IMG/VR virus record: IMGVR_UViG_3300026196_000017
Span: 1 to 33,297 of that record
Direction: 5' to 3' (one strand)
Length of the DNA stretch: 33,297 nt
DNA from: a virus
Taxonomy: Duplodnaviria; Caudoviricetes
The position numbers were made by a program, and so were the translations under genes. Shown here one piece after another: positions 1 to 8,782 of this stretch; the first letter of the stretch is position 1; each line of letters starts with the position of its first letter. The notes beneath the pieces are model-generated. The model did no database searches and was not told where the DNA came from. It saw nothing but the letters and a program-made list of their open reading frames with translations.

Positions 1-147
1 AATGACTTTGAAAAAGGGCTAATTCAATCGCGTCCTTCCTCTCCTGCAACAGGAACAATTAATATGAGGGATCCCGCAGGGAACTTAAGAGCCGTTCCCA
101 AAAATCAGGCTCAGCAAGCCCAAGCGGCAGGATATAGAAAAGCATGA
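1..147 (+). CDS. C-terminal end of the internal virion/DNA-ejection protein that starts at 32364 (wraps the window end)
   Basis: Frame 1 is open from base 1 (NDFEKGLIQSRPSSPATGTINMRDPAGNLRAVPKNQAQQAQAAGYRKA*). Its TGA overlaps the ATG at 144 (ATGA coupling). It continues ...LDKIA from the window end. Confidence 0.7.
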   Translation, partial: NDFEKGLIQSRPSSPATGTINMRDPAGNLRAVPKNQAQQAQAAGYRKA

Positions 148-1487
148 GTTTCCAAGAGTTCGGCGAAATCATTGAAGCAGCTCCGGAGGGAGAAGAGAGG
201 GCTCAATTCGGAGAAATTATCGAAGAGGGATCTTCTCCCAAAATGGGAAGTGAGGCCACTCGAAGAGCTGGTCAATTAGGAGCGCGGGGAATTGAATCGG
301 TTTTGGGCCTTCCAAGAGCTTTAGGTGAAACACTTGAATCCCTAGTTCCCCGAAAAACTCTTCAGGCTGGGGCAGAAAAAATTGGATTAGGCGCTCCTGT
401 AAAAAAAGGGTTAGAACTCACCCAAAAATATGCTCCCTATAAACTGTTCCCTAAAAGCGAACAAATAAGAGATCTTAATGAAGAGCTTTTTGGAGATGCA
501 TTTAAACCGCAGGGAAAATGGGAAGAAAGAGTTGGAGAAGCCTTCGGGGAATTTGCTTCCATGAGCATTCCTTTTGCTGGTCAAGTAAAGCCATTTAGAG
601 CAGGATTAACAGCCTTAGGAGCCAACGGAGCAAAAGCAATTGGAGAAGAATTGGGGCTCGATGATAAAAAATCAAATTATCTAAAGCTCGGGACGTATCT
701 GTTGGGTTCCTTCATCCAGCCTAATGCAGCGAAAAAGTATTATACTGAACAATATGCTAAGGCAGCCAGAGCCCTTCCAGAAAATGCCACGGTAGATTCT
801 GTAAAACTTAATGGAAGGCTTATTGACCTTAAAAATCGTCTTCAAAAAGGAGGAGTTTCCTCCGCGGATAAACCCACCCTTACTCAGATACAAAATCTTG
901 AGAAAGAAATGCAAGGAGCCCAAATTCCGGTTGATTCGCTCCAGGCTTTTAAACGTAAGCTCAATATTGCCCGTGGCGATCTCTACAAACAGCTTGAGGG
1001 AAATAAATCAGGGATAAAAACAGCCAAGAAGAATTTAGATGATCTAGCCAAAATAACTGATCGTTCGTTAGAGACATATGCCAAACAAAACCCAGATTGG
1101 GGAGCTCACTACCAAGCCGCAAACAATGCATTTGGGGCAGCAATGCAAAGTAAAAGAGTAGGAAAATTTCTTTCCAACTTAGTAGGAAAAGGAGGCATTT
1201 CGCATTTAGGATTAGCAGCTATTCTGGGACATACGGGAAAATTGGGCGTTGCGGTCAAAGGTGCTGCTGTTGGATACCCAACCTTGAAAGCAGGAGAAAC
1301 AATAGCTCAGATCATGAAAAGCGCGCCTTTAAGGAAAGAATTTTTTCGTCTATATACCCAAGCGCTCGCAGGAAATGCCAAAGGAGCTCAAAAAAGTATC
1401 CTGAAACTTAATCAGGATTTGTCTAAGGACAATCAGAAAGAAACAATTCCTGGAAAAGGGCGCTTTGTCTTAGAAGAAGAAGGCTAA
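144..1487 (+). CDS. Putative internal virion/DNA-ejection (pilot) protein, 447 aa
   Basis: Ala/Gly/Lys-rich helical-looking protein, third of three coupled ORFs after the tail-tube genes; this matches the position of the P22 gp7/gp20/gp16 ejection genes. Confidence 0.55.
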   Translation: MSFQEFGEIIEAAPEGEERAQFGEIIEEGSSPKMGSEATRRAGQLGARGIESVLGLPRALGETLESLVPRKTLQAGAEKIGLGAPVKKGLELTQKYAPYKLFPKSEQIRDLNEELFGDAFKPQGKWEERVGEAFGEFASMSIPFAGQVKPFRAGLTALGANGAKAIGEELGLDDKKSNYLKLGTYLLGSFIQPNAAKKYYTEQYAKAARALPENATVDSVKLNGRLIDLKNRLQKGGVSSADKPTLTQIQNLEKEMQGAQIPVDSLQAFKRKLNIARGDLYKQLEGNKSGIKTAKKNLDDLAKITDRSLETYAKQNPDWGAHYQAANNAFGAAMQSKRVGKFLSNLVGKGGISHLGLAAILGHTGKLGVAVKGAAVGYPTLKAGETIAQIMKSAPLRKEFFRLYTQALAGNAKGAQKSILKLNQDLSKDNQKETIPGKGRFVLEEEG

Positions 1488-1606
1488 TAGAACCTATGAC
1501 GATCCCCCATATTTTCAGCATCTGAGTCTTCCATTTCTTCCTGATCTTGTTTGTTGGAAAAATAACAGAAAACAATAAAAGAAATAATAAAAGAAAATGT
1601 CCACAT
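1484..1606 (-). CDS. Small single-pass membrane protein with acidic tail, 40 aa (not in ORF track)
   Basis: MWTFSFIISFIVFCYFSNKQDQEEMEDSDAENMGDRHRFY*; AGTAGGA upstream of the ATG. Confidence 0.5.
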   Translation of the reverse strand: MWTFSFIISFIVFCYFSNKQDQEEMEDSDAENMGDRHRFY

Positions 1607-1638
1607 AATATTATCCTACTAGGATTTTTCTAAGGAAT

Positions 1639-1770
1639 CTAAAATTCAGTAAAATATATATCTATTTCTTTCTCTTCGTCAGAAAGCTTATCAAATTTAG
1701 CTTGAGCTCTCTCGTCACTACACAGCCACATAACCCAAAATCCTGCTACGACAAATATTAAAAAACCCAT
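1639..1770 (-). CDS. Small single-pass membrane protein with acidic tail, 43 aa
   Basis: MGFLIFVVAGFWVMWLCSDERAQAKFDKLSDEEKEIDIYFTEF; GGAG SD upstream of the ATG at 1770 (shorter than the ORF-track call). Confidence 0.55.
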   Translation of the reverse strand: MGFLIFVVAGFWVMWLCSDERAQAKFDKLSDEEKEIDIYFTEF

Positions 1771-1772
1771 AT

Positions 1773-1961
1773 TTATTTCTCCTTTTCCAATACACGCTGC
1801 ATCAAAAGCAGATATCTTTCTTCGAGAGTGCATAGTCTTCCATGAAAATCTTTCATTTCATTGTAGGATTGACGATGCATTGCCCAAGTGGTGCCAATCA
1901 TAGTTAAAGCTAAACCGAATAATGCTACGATCAAAGTTAAAACTTGTGGCCAATCCATCAT
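1773..1961 (-). CDS. Small membrane-anchored coiled-coil protein, 62 aa
   Basis: N-terminal hydrophobic helix (VLTLIVALFGLALTMIGTTWAM) followed by EMKDFHGRLCTLEER; coupled to the upstream ORF. Confidence 0.7.
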   Translation of the reverse strand: MMDWPQVLTLIVALFGLALTMIGTTWAMHRQSYNEMKDFHGRLCTLEERYLLLMQRVLEKEK

Positions 1962-2173
1962 TCACCTTCTTTTTTACTCTCAAGCCATTCAAAGAACGAC
2001 TTCTCGTTAATTAAGAGCCGCTTCCCCACTCTAAAAACCACATGTTTTAAAGAGGGGTCCTGACGAATTAATCTTCTAAAGGATGCAACGGTAGGCCAAA
2101 CGTGGTAATCGTTCCATTTAACCAAAGGAATGATCCGAGTGTTTGGTCGCGTTATCTGCACCTTCATGTTCAT
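1958..2173 (-). CDS. Small excisionase-like/winged-helix DNA-binding protein
   Basis: IPLVKWNDYHVWPTVASFRRLI...VFRVGKRLLINEKSFFEWLE resembles the Xis/HTH_17-type C-terminal pattern (RVGxRxLIxxxxFxxWL). Confidence 0.6.
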   Translation of the reverse strand: MNMKVQITRPNTRIIPLVKWNDYHVWPTVASFRRLIRQDPSLKHVVFRVGKRLLINEKSFFEWLESKKEGE

Positions 2174-2273
2174 AAGTGTACCTACGTTCCTTATTTTTGC
2201 AAATACAGAGAATTTATTTTATTTTGGTGGTACAAGTGGTAATGTAAAGAAAAAATTTCACTGAGGTACCCTC

Positions 2274-4697
2274 ATGGCAGACAGTTTAGGACGAGACCCC
2301 CTTTCATATCTTGGGATTACTCCCGCAACCCAGGCACAAGTTTCAGCCGGTTCAAGAGACGATGTATATGTATCCCCTTTAACACTCGATCTTGATGCAG
2401 CGAGCACAACTGAATCGGGGGTGGTGCGATTAGCTACTATTGCCGAAACTACTACAGGTACAGCAACAGATATCGCCACAACTCCCGCGGGCGTGGCCGC
2501 AGTAGCCATTGCTGGCGCACCTGATGCCACCACGACCACAAAAGGTATTATCGAGATCGCTACCGACGGGGAAGCTGTAGCGGCCGCCAGCGGATCTCTA
2601 GCATTAGTGCCTTCAAACCTCACTTCAGTCTTTGCTTCTCCTCCCGGGATTGGCGGTACTAGCGCAGCAGCCGGAGCTTTCACCACTTTAACTGCTTCGG
2701 GCGCATTTTCTTTAACAGGAGATCAGGTTCAGGTAGATGAAGGGGGAACGGGCCTTTCAACTGTTTCAACAGGGGATCTTCTTCTGGCAGATGGTGCAGA
2801 TAGTATCGCAGCATTATCCATCGGCACAGCACGCCAGCTCCTTCAAGTAAACGCCGGAGGCACCACAGCTGAATGGGCAAGCAACATTGACATTCCCGGA
2901 ACGCTAGACGTAACAGGTACTGCAACTTTTGATGGCAATGTGAGCATTGCGGGAACCTTTACTCTTGCGGACCTCACCTTGACAGGTTTCTTAACCGTAG
3001 ATGGCCTCATTACGGGCAACGCTTCGGCAACAATCGATACCGGCGGTACTGCTCTCAACTTGGGTACGGATAACTCCGGGGACGCCGTAAATCTCGGTAC
3101 AGGAACAGTTGCTCGAGCCATTGCAATCGGTAGTTCGGCAGCAGCTCACACTATCACAATTGGTAGTGCGACAGGAGCGGCAAGCTTAGACCTTCTCTGC
3201 GGTACCGGGGACTTTACTATCGTTCCCGCAGTCACAGGAACAATTACTATTGGTGCCGCAACAAACACCGGGACTTTGACGCTTGGTAACTCAACTTCAG
3301 GCCAGCAGCTCGATATCAGCAATGCGATTAACACCGGCGCTCAAACAGTAAACATTGCTTCTGGCGCTTGTGCGGCAGATACGACAGTAAACATCCTCGC
3401 CGGCGCGTCGACTGCGGGAACGCAAACGCTAAATTTGGCAACCGGAGCAGCCGCTAGTTCTGTATTTATTGGTAACACAACTGGGGCTTCGGCTGTCGTT
3501 ATTAACTCAGGAACAGGCTCAATTGCTCTTGCTTCTACCGGAACCGGCGATATCACGTTGGATTCCGATGCCCTCCTAATTCTTGATGCGGATGGAGTTC
3601 TTGAGCTTAACAGCTCGGCCGGTGCAATAAGCATTGGTAACGATGCAGATGCACAGGCAATCAACATCGGTACAGGTGCGGCTGCTCGAACTATTACTCT
3701 GGGTAATGTGACAGGCGCTACAGATGTGGTGTTCAACTCAGGAACCGGCGGCTTTGCCTTCAACCCGACCGGGGCCGGAGATATTACTTTCAACGTATCT
3801 GCGGGTGGTTTAGCAGTAGTTGGGGGTGGAAACGCCATTGATATCGGTACAGATGCGGCCGCCAATGCAGTGACCGTCGGTTCAACAAACACAACCGCAG
3901 CTACAGTCATTCAATCAGGGTCAGGAGATATACAGTTAAATTCTACCGATGCAATCTTTCTCGATTGTGTCGGAGCATTGCAGCTAAACAGTTCCGCTGG
4001 GGCAATCTCTATCGGTGACGAAGCAGATACAGGAGCAATCGACATCGGTACTGGAGCAGCCGCAAGAACAATTACCATGGGTAACGTCACAGGCGCTACC
4101 GCTCTAGCTTTTAATGCAGGTACTGGTGGCATAGCTCTTGCTTCTACCGGAACCGGAGATATCACAATCGATTCTGATGATACCGTTTTAATTGACTCAG
4201 ACGGCGTTTTAGAGCTTAACAGCTCCTCTGGGGCTATCAGCATCGCAAACGACGCTGTGGCGCTTAGTGTGAACGTGGCAACGGGTGCCGCTGCGATGAC
4301 TACTACTGTCGGAAGCACAAATACTACTTCTGCTACTACAATTCAAGCTGGTAGTGGAGAGATTAGCTTAAGCGCAGCCGGTGCGGTAAGCATGGTTCCC
4401 GCCACTAACAGCGTAGCCGGTACATCCTTGACCCTCAACGGCAGAGTGGGTGTTGCGACATTCACAGGACAAACTACAGCAGCGGGAGCAAATTTAGACC
4501 TTACCATCACCAACTCCTCTTTAGGAGCTGGAGATGGAGTATTTGTTACAGTTTCGAATAAAGGAACAAATGATGCTGACATTACTCTTGAAGGGGTAAT
4601 TACTGAGACTGCGGGAACATTGACTTTGCATTGTCAAAACAACGGGGCAGCCGCGCTCAATGGTGACGTGATTGCGACATTTTGGATAATTAACTAG
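2274..4697 (+). CDS. Long tail fibre/spike protein, Gly/Ala/Thr-rich and repetitive, 807 aa
   Basis: Tail-fibre-type repeats near the N-terminus (ASTTESGVVRLAT, ATTTTKGIIEIAT), many short beta-type repeats (IGTGAAARTIT) and very few K/R residues. Confidence 0.7.
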   Translation: MADSLGRDPLSYLGITPATQAQVSAGSRDDVYVSPLTLDLDAASTTESGVVRLATIAETTTGTATDIATTPAGVAAVAIAGAPDATTTTKGIIEIATDGEAVAAASGSLALVPSNLTSVFASPPGIGGTSAAAGAFTTLTASGAFSLTGDQVQVDEGGTGLSTVSTGDLLLADGADSIAALSIGTARQLLQVNAGGTTAEWASNIDIPGTLDVTGTATFDGNVSIAGTFTLADLTLTGFLTVDGLITGNASATIDTGGTALNLGTDNSGDAVNLGTGTVARAIAIGSSAAAHTITIGSATGAASLDLLCGTGDFTIVPAVTGTITIGAATNTGTLTLGNSTSGQQLDISNAINTGAQTVNIASGACAADTTVNILAGASTAGTQTLNLATGAAASSVFIGNTTGASAVVINSGTGSIALASTGTGDITLDSDALLILDADGVLELNSSAGAISIGNDADAQAINIGTGAAARTITLGNVTGATDVVFNSGTGGFAFNPTGAGDITFNVSAGGLAVVGGGNAIDIGTDAAANAVTVGSTNTTAATVIQSGSGDIQLNSTDAIFLDCVGALQLNSSAGAISIGDEADTGAIDIGTGAAARTITMGNVTGATALAFNAGTGGIALASTGTGDITIDSDDTVLIDSDGVLELNSSSGAISIANDAVALSVNVATGAAAMTTTVGSTNTTSATTIQAGSGEISLSAAGAVSMVPATNSVAGTSLTLNGRVGVATFTGQTTAAGANLDLTITNSSLGAGDGVFVTVSNKGTNDADITLEGVITETAGTLTLHCQNNGAAALNGDVIATFWIIN
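3525..4225 (+). repeat. Internal duplication in the tail fibre gene (609-nt offset)
   Basis: GCTCTTGCTTCTACCGGAACCGG at 3525 and 4134; GAGCTTAACAGCTC at 3603 and 4212; protein repeat IALASTGTGDITxDSD...DGVLELNSSxGAISI. Confidence 0.85.
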
Positions 4698-4713
4698 GGG
4701 AACTAGAAGAAAA

Positions 4714-4977
4714 ATGGTTAGCGTTAAAGATTTATCCAGAATTGAGCCGCAAGGGGACTTCTCTTTCTTCTACGAATCTAGGATGGAAAACGATGCCAAT
4801 GGCAATCCTATTTACATTGGATATACGCAAGTCCCTGACAGTGGAACTGATGTAGAGAGGTGGTTCATCGTTAAAGTTACCTACGATGCTAATCAATCTC
4901 CTACTCGTTATCAGCTTCCTGATGGAGGAGTGGCTTTTAAATATGCTTGGGACGACAGAGCAACCCTCTTCAGTTAA
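4714..4977 (+). CDS. Small virion/tail-associated protein, 87 aa
   Basis: GNPIYIGY...WFIVKVTYD...YAWDDRATL pattern that I associate with small phage proteins next to tail fibres; position in the tail module. Confidence 0.5.
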   Translation: MVSVKDLSRIEPQGDFSFFYESRMENDANGNPIYIGYTQVPDSGTDVERWFIVKVTYDANQSPTRYQLPDGGVAFKYAWDDRATLFS

Positions 4978-4986
4978 GGAGTTTTA

Positions 4987-5691
4987 GTGGGATACAAATT
5001 CAATCCTTTACCGTGGAGATTCGACAGAGTTGATGGTGGAGCCGGTGGCGGGGATATTGAGACTCTAACGGGTAATAGCGGGGGTGCTGTTGGTCCCGAT
5101 GGAGCTTCCAATGTCAACATTCTTGGCTCCGGCAACATTGACGTAGCCGGAAATCCCGGTACAAATACTCTTACCATTTCCGAATCTGATCCTTCAGTGC
5201 GCTTTTTAGCGGGGGATGCAGCAACGAGTGTTCCTCCGGATGGTTCGGGTATTATCAATATTGTGGGAAGCGGCAGTGTCACCGTTACTGAAGATGTTCC
5301 CGGAAATACTCTTACTATTGCAGTATCCGGCATTCCTAATTACATATGTGGGACGGGATCAACCATTGATACAGCAACTGTAGACTTAGTGACGATAGCT
5401 ATGGGAGGATCCGCGGCGTGCTTTACCGTACGAGGTATTATCACAGGAAAAGCGGCCTCTGCTCATGCTATTGGAGGGCAAGTTGTAGCAACTGTCCGTA
5501 CCGATGGAGCAACTGCCACAATAGTCAACACTCCCGATATCATAAAAAACGCTGATTTGGTTCTTTCTTCCGGTAGCTTTACAATTGTAGCTTCTGGTAA
5601 TGATCTAATTTTAAGAGCTGCCGGAGCGCTAGGTAGTGTCATTTCATGGCAAGGATGTTTAGAAAATATTAGTGTAACCAACGGGGTATAA
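4987..5691 (+). CDS. Tail fibre/spike component, 234 aa
   Basis: GTG start after AAGGAG; repeated (L)xGDxGxxVxPD...INIxG...GNTLTI units; Gly/Thr/Ser-rich. Confidence 0.6.
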   Translation: MGYKFNPLPWRFDRVDGGAGGGDIETLTGNSGGAVGPDGASNVNILGSGNIDVAGNPGTNTLTISESDPSVRFLAGDAATSVPPDGSGIINIVGSGSVTVTEDVPGNTLTIAVSGIPNYICGTGSTIDTATVDLVTIAMGGSAACFTVRGIITGKAASAHAIGGQVVATVRTDGATATIVNTPDIIKNADLVLSSGSFTIVASGNDLILRAAGALGSVISWQGCLENISVTNGV

Positions 5692-6803
5692 TGGCTGGAT
5701 TTAACGACGACGTAGTCTTTGCACAACAAGGAATGAGGATTGGAGATGAAACGATTTCCTCCTCCGAGCAAGCATCAATTCAATTTGATGAACCAAGCGA
5801 GGATGTAGCTCTTCTTATTGCCAATACTTCCGACGATGCAGCTTCGAGTGCCTATGAAGAGATCAAGCTCAATAGCGTCAACTCCGGGGAATCCTTTACT
5901 AGATATAGAGCAGGCGACACTTGCTCATATGCATTAGGCTTTTTGGCTGATGACTCTACTCCTACCTTCCGACTCACCTTCAACAATAATGGAGACTCTT
6001 CGCCAAACAATCGCACAATGACTCCATGGAGAATTAGCAACATTAATCCTGGTGCCGATACCATGGAAATGGTAGTTAAATCTTTCATGACTGTGGCTTC
6101 GGAGGGATCTGGTACCGCTCTATTTCAGGTGAATGGTAACCTGGAAGTAGGAACGAATGCAGTGATTCTTTTGAATCAATTCAATGGAACAGATGATACT
6201 TATATTCACCATGGGGGTGGAAACGGCTCAAACTGGCGCTATGGAACTTATGCGACGGATAGTTCCAATTTCTATATGACCAATGCTTCTGTAGCCGGAT
6301 GGCCCCCTACTGCGGCAAGCACTACGGGCGTAATCACTCAAGACGGCCATTATACGTTTCCTAAAACCGCATGTTTTGCCGCATTCACGACCAATGCTCA
6401 AAATAATGTAACCGGAGATGGAAACGATTATACGGTCATTTTTGACAATGAAGAATTTGATCAAAACGGAGATTATAATTCTACTTCAGGAATTTTTACA
6501 GCTCCTGTAGATGGAAATTATTTATTTGTTTCGAATGTTGCAGTCTTCAGTATAACCTCCTCTATGACCACTGGTTCTTCAAGTATTGCAACCTCCAATG
6601 GAGGAAGTTTAGGTCTTTATTGTTCTCCAGCAGCTTGCGATGCAAATAATACCACTTTAGGATTGGGAGCACATACTATTCGCCAACTGGACGCACTTGA
6701 CACTGCTTTTGTAAGTGTCCTTTTTGAGAATGGAGCCAGCAATTCAGCTGATATTACTACAGGTGGAAGTGCTACCCATTTTTCCGGGATGTTGGTATGT
6801 TAA
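5691..6803 (+). CDS. Tail fibre/receptor-binding protein with C-terminal C1q/TNF-like domain, 370 aa
   Basis: ACFAAF...VIFDNEEFDQNGDYNSTSGIFTAPVDGNYLF...FSGMLV matches the gC1q signature (F..E.....G.Y...TG.FTAPV.G.Y.F; terminal FSG.L). Confidence 0.75.
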   Translation: MAGFNDDVVFAQQGMRIGDETISSSEQASIQFDEPSEDVALLIANTSDDAASSAYEEIKLNSVNSGESFTRYRAGDTCSYALGFLADDSTPTFRLTFNNNGDSSPNNRTMTPWRISNINPGADTMEMVVKSFMTVASEGSGTALFQVNGNLEVGTNAVILLNQFNGTDDTYIHHGGGNGSNWRYGTYATDSSNFYMTNASVAGWPPTAASTTGVITQDGHYTFPKTACFAAFTTNAQNNVTGDGNDYTVIFDNEEFDQNGDYNSTSGIFTAPVDGNYLFVSNVAVFSITSSMTTGSSSIATSNGGSLGLYCSPAACDANNTTLGLGAHTIRQLDALDTAFVSVLFENGASNSADITTGGSATHFSGMLVC

Positions 6804-6819
6804 TGATAAGGAGTTTAAA

Positions 6820-7125
6820 ATGAAAATTCAAGTAGATGGTCTAGAAGTTTTTCAATTAGAAGAATGGGAAAAAAAAGTTATCAAAAATGATATCCCAGAC
6901 GAAATGTTCGAAGACGATATGAAGCGCAGATTAACGTATTCCTTGAAGCATAAAGCCGAGCGTTGTTTTGAGCGCTTGCATGCTCAGTGGATGCCCATTT
7001 TGCGTGATGATCCTTCCGTTGCATCAGTACCTACAGATAAAGCAGCTTTTGTGGATCTAATCATGAGCCGCCCCGAATACAAGAGCCGCTCAGCAAGAGA
7101 TGCAGAGGAAAGAGCGCGCGGATAG
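6820..7125 (+). CDS. Hypothetical protein after the tail fibre (possible fibre chaperone), 101 aa
   Basis: AAGGAG SD then ATG at 6820 (MKIQVDG...); last gene of the rightward late block. The function is positional inference only. Confidence 0.55.
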   Translation: MKIQVDGLEVFQLEEWEKKVIKNDIPDEMFEDDMKRRLTYSLKHKAERCFERLHAQWMPILRDDPSVASVPTDKAAFVDLIMSRPEYKSRSARDAEERARG

Positions 7126-7218
7126 GGGGCTCGAGAAAAATCCTCTCGCAGAAAAATTCCTCTAATTTGTATTGTCTGTGCGTCCACCTGTGGACACTGT
7201 ATCATATTTAAATCAGAC

Positions 7219-7258
7219 TCCTCTCGCGCGCACACTGAGTTACGCGAGAGGATTTTTT
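7219..7258 (+). terminator. Intrinsic terminator-like hairpin between convergent operons
   Basis: TCCTCTCGCG (7219-7228) pairs with CGCGAGAGGA (7243-7252), followed by TTTTTT. Confidence 0.6.
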
Positions 7259-7386
7259 ATTTCAGTCTTTTCAGAGACAAACCGAATATTCTACCACCAT
7301 TAAGATGTCATGGATGTAGAGAAAGAACAAAACGGCGAGGCTCCCACAAACAATAAGTCCTATCCAAAAAGTTAGACATTTATCAC

Positions 7387-8253
7387 TCATTTTGGACACA
7401 TAATCCGGTAGAACCCAATGCCCGGGGGCTTCAGGTATTTTTCTATATCAATGCCATCTTCTTTCATTTTCTCTAGATCATAACTCTTCCTTGGGGCTGT
7501 TCTACATATTTTATAGTTGCCACACTTAAAGTTTCCGTCGTCTCCATATTCGACGATAGAGGCTTTGAGCTCATCTTGCTTCTTTTTAAGACCTCGCATG
7601 TCTAAGCTGGTGTCCTCATATTTAATCAAAAGCTCTTTCAGCTCTTCGCTTTCTACCTCCACATACTCATCAGAAGAGTGTTCGGGAGGAGTAAAGCACT
7701 TTACATGCTCCCAAAATTCTTGAGCGTGTTTTTGCATAATGAGAAACAAGTCTCTATCGGGATAATGCTCAAAAAGAATCACCTCTTGTTCTTGCGCATC
7801 CCAAATCCCGAGATACCCTCTTTCAGCTCCAACAATTCCCATGCTCCATTGAAGTTGCATGATCCACCTTTCATGGTTATCAGGATCTTTAGCTTTCTCC
7901 AATGTTGAGGGAGTTGCCGGAGACTTGATTTCCAGCACTATTTTGTGTTTAACATCGTAACCGTCCAAAGAAGCCTTGAAGATGGAAATCTCATCTTCTA
8001 CGCACACGGGTTCAAAGCAGCATGAAAGCTCCAACGATACCTTTTCCACAGCAATGGGTTCCCATTTTTTCCCGAATTCGGTAAATTGATTTCCCTCAAA
8101 GTTCTTAGAAAGCCCGCACTTTTCTTCCCATAACGAGTAAGGCGTGGCATAAGGGTTGGATCCCATGATAGTGGCTATATCTGAGGATCCAATCCCCCCT
8201 CGTCGCCATGCGACCCAAGCTGGAGAGTCTTGTTGTAAATCAATTATTTTCAT
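7387..8253 (-). CDS. YqaJ-family (lambda-exonuclease-like) viral recombination nuclease, 288 aa
   Basis: WVAWRRGGIGSSD...NPYATPYSLWEEK, G..WEP, ASLDG, LEIKSP and Q.Q motifs of the YqaJ family. Confidence 0.9.
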   Translation of the reverse strand: MKIIDLQQDSPAWVAWRRGGIGSSDIATIMGSNPYATPYSLWEEKCGLSKNFEGNQFTEFGKKWEPIAVEKVSLELSCCFEPVCVEDEISIFKASLDGYDVKHKIVLEIKSPATPSTLEKAKDPDNHERWIMQLQWSMGIVGAERGYLGIWDAQEQEVILFEHYPDRDLFLIMQKHAQEFWEHVKCFTPPEHSSDEYVEVESEELKELLIKYEDTSLDMRGLKKKQDELKASIVEYGDDGNFKCGNYKICRTAPRKSYDLEKMKEDGIDIEKYLKPPGIGFYRIMCPK

Positions 8254-8782
8254 CTAGATGCCTCCAGCTTTTTTTATTAATAATGTCAGAGATGGTTTTG
8301 CGGTGCAATCCTGTAAATCTCGCAATTTCACAGCAATTGGGAACTAAACAATATAATTCTTTTATCATAATTACTTGTTTTTTAGTAAGTTTGGTCCAAT
8401 GAAGGTCTTCTCCTTTTTTTTGGAACTCAGGATGTTTTCTTTTAAAATGATTTTCTCCCGTGGGGAGTCGCTTCTTATTCTTTGCGTCTACCATGTTATC
8501 TTTATGGGTTCCCACAAATAAATGTTCAGGAAGAATGCATTTTCTGTTATCACAGCTGTGGCAAACTAAAAAATGAGCTGGGATATGCCCGTAATGCGCC
8601 AAAAAAGAAGCACGATGAGCAGTCATTCTTTTTTTCTCTAAAGCGACTCGGGCATATCCAGTATTGTCTATTTTTCCTGTCCATTCCAGGCAACCTGTTT
8701 CAAGATTTTTCTTTACGGATTTCATTAAACGGGATCGCCATTTTTCTTGTTCTTTTTTATCCATTTTCTCATCGAATTTCAT
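8240..8782 (-). CDS. Free-standing HNH homing endonuclease with C-terminal HTH, 180 aa
   Basis: GCLEWTG...GY...AHRAS...VCHSCDNRKCILPEHLFVGTHKDNMVD; C-terminal KLTKKQV...EIARFTGLHRKTISDIINKKSW. Confidence 0.9.
   Translation of the reverse strand: MKFDEKMDKKEQEKWRSRLMKSVKKNLETGCLEWTGKIDNTGYARVALEKKRMTAHRASFLAHYGHIPAHFLVCHSCDNRKCILPEHLFVGTHKDNMVDAKNKKRLPTGENHFKRKHPEFQKKGEDLHWTKLTKKQVIMIKELYCLVPNCCEIARFTGLHRKTISDIINKKSWRHLDENN

Noticed and set aside
2258-4582. Series of long minus-strand ORFs opposite the tail fibre (142, 189, 135 aa etc.)
   Set aside because: Antisense shadows of a Gly/Ala/Thr-rich gene, whose codons rarely create reverse-strand stops; no SDs or motifs.
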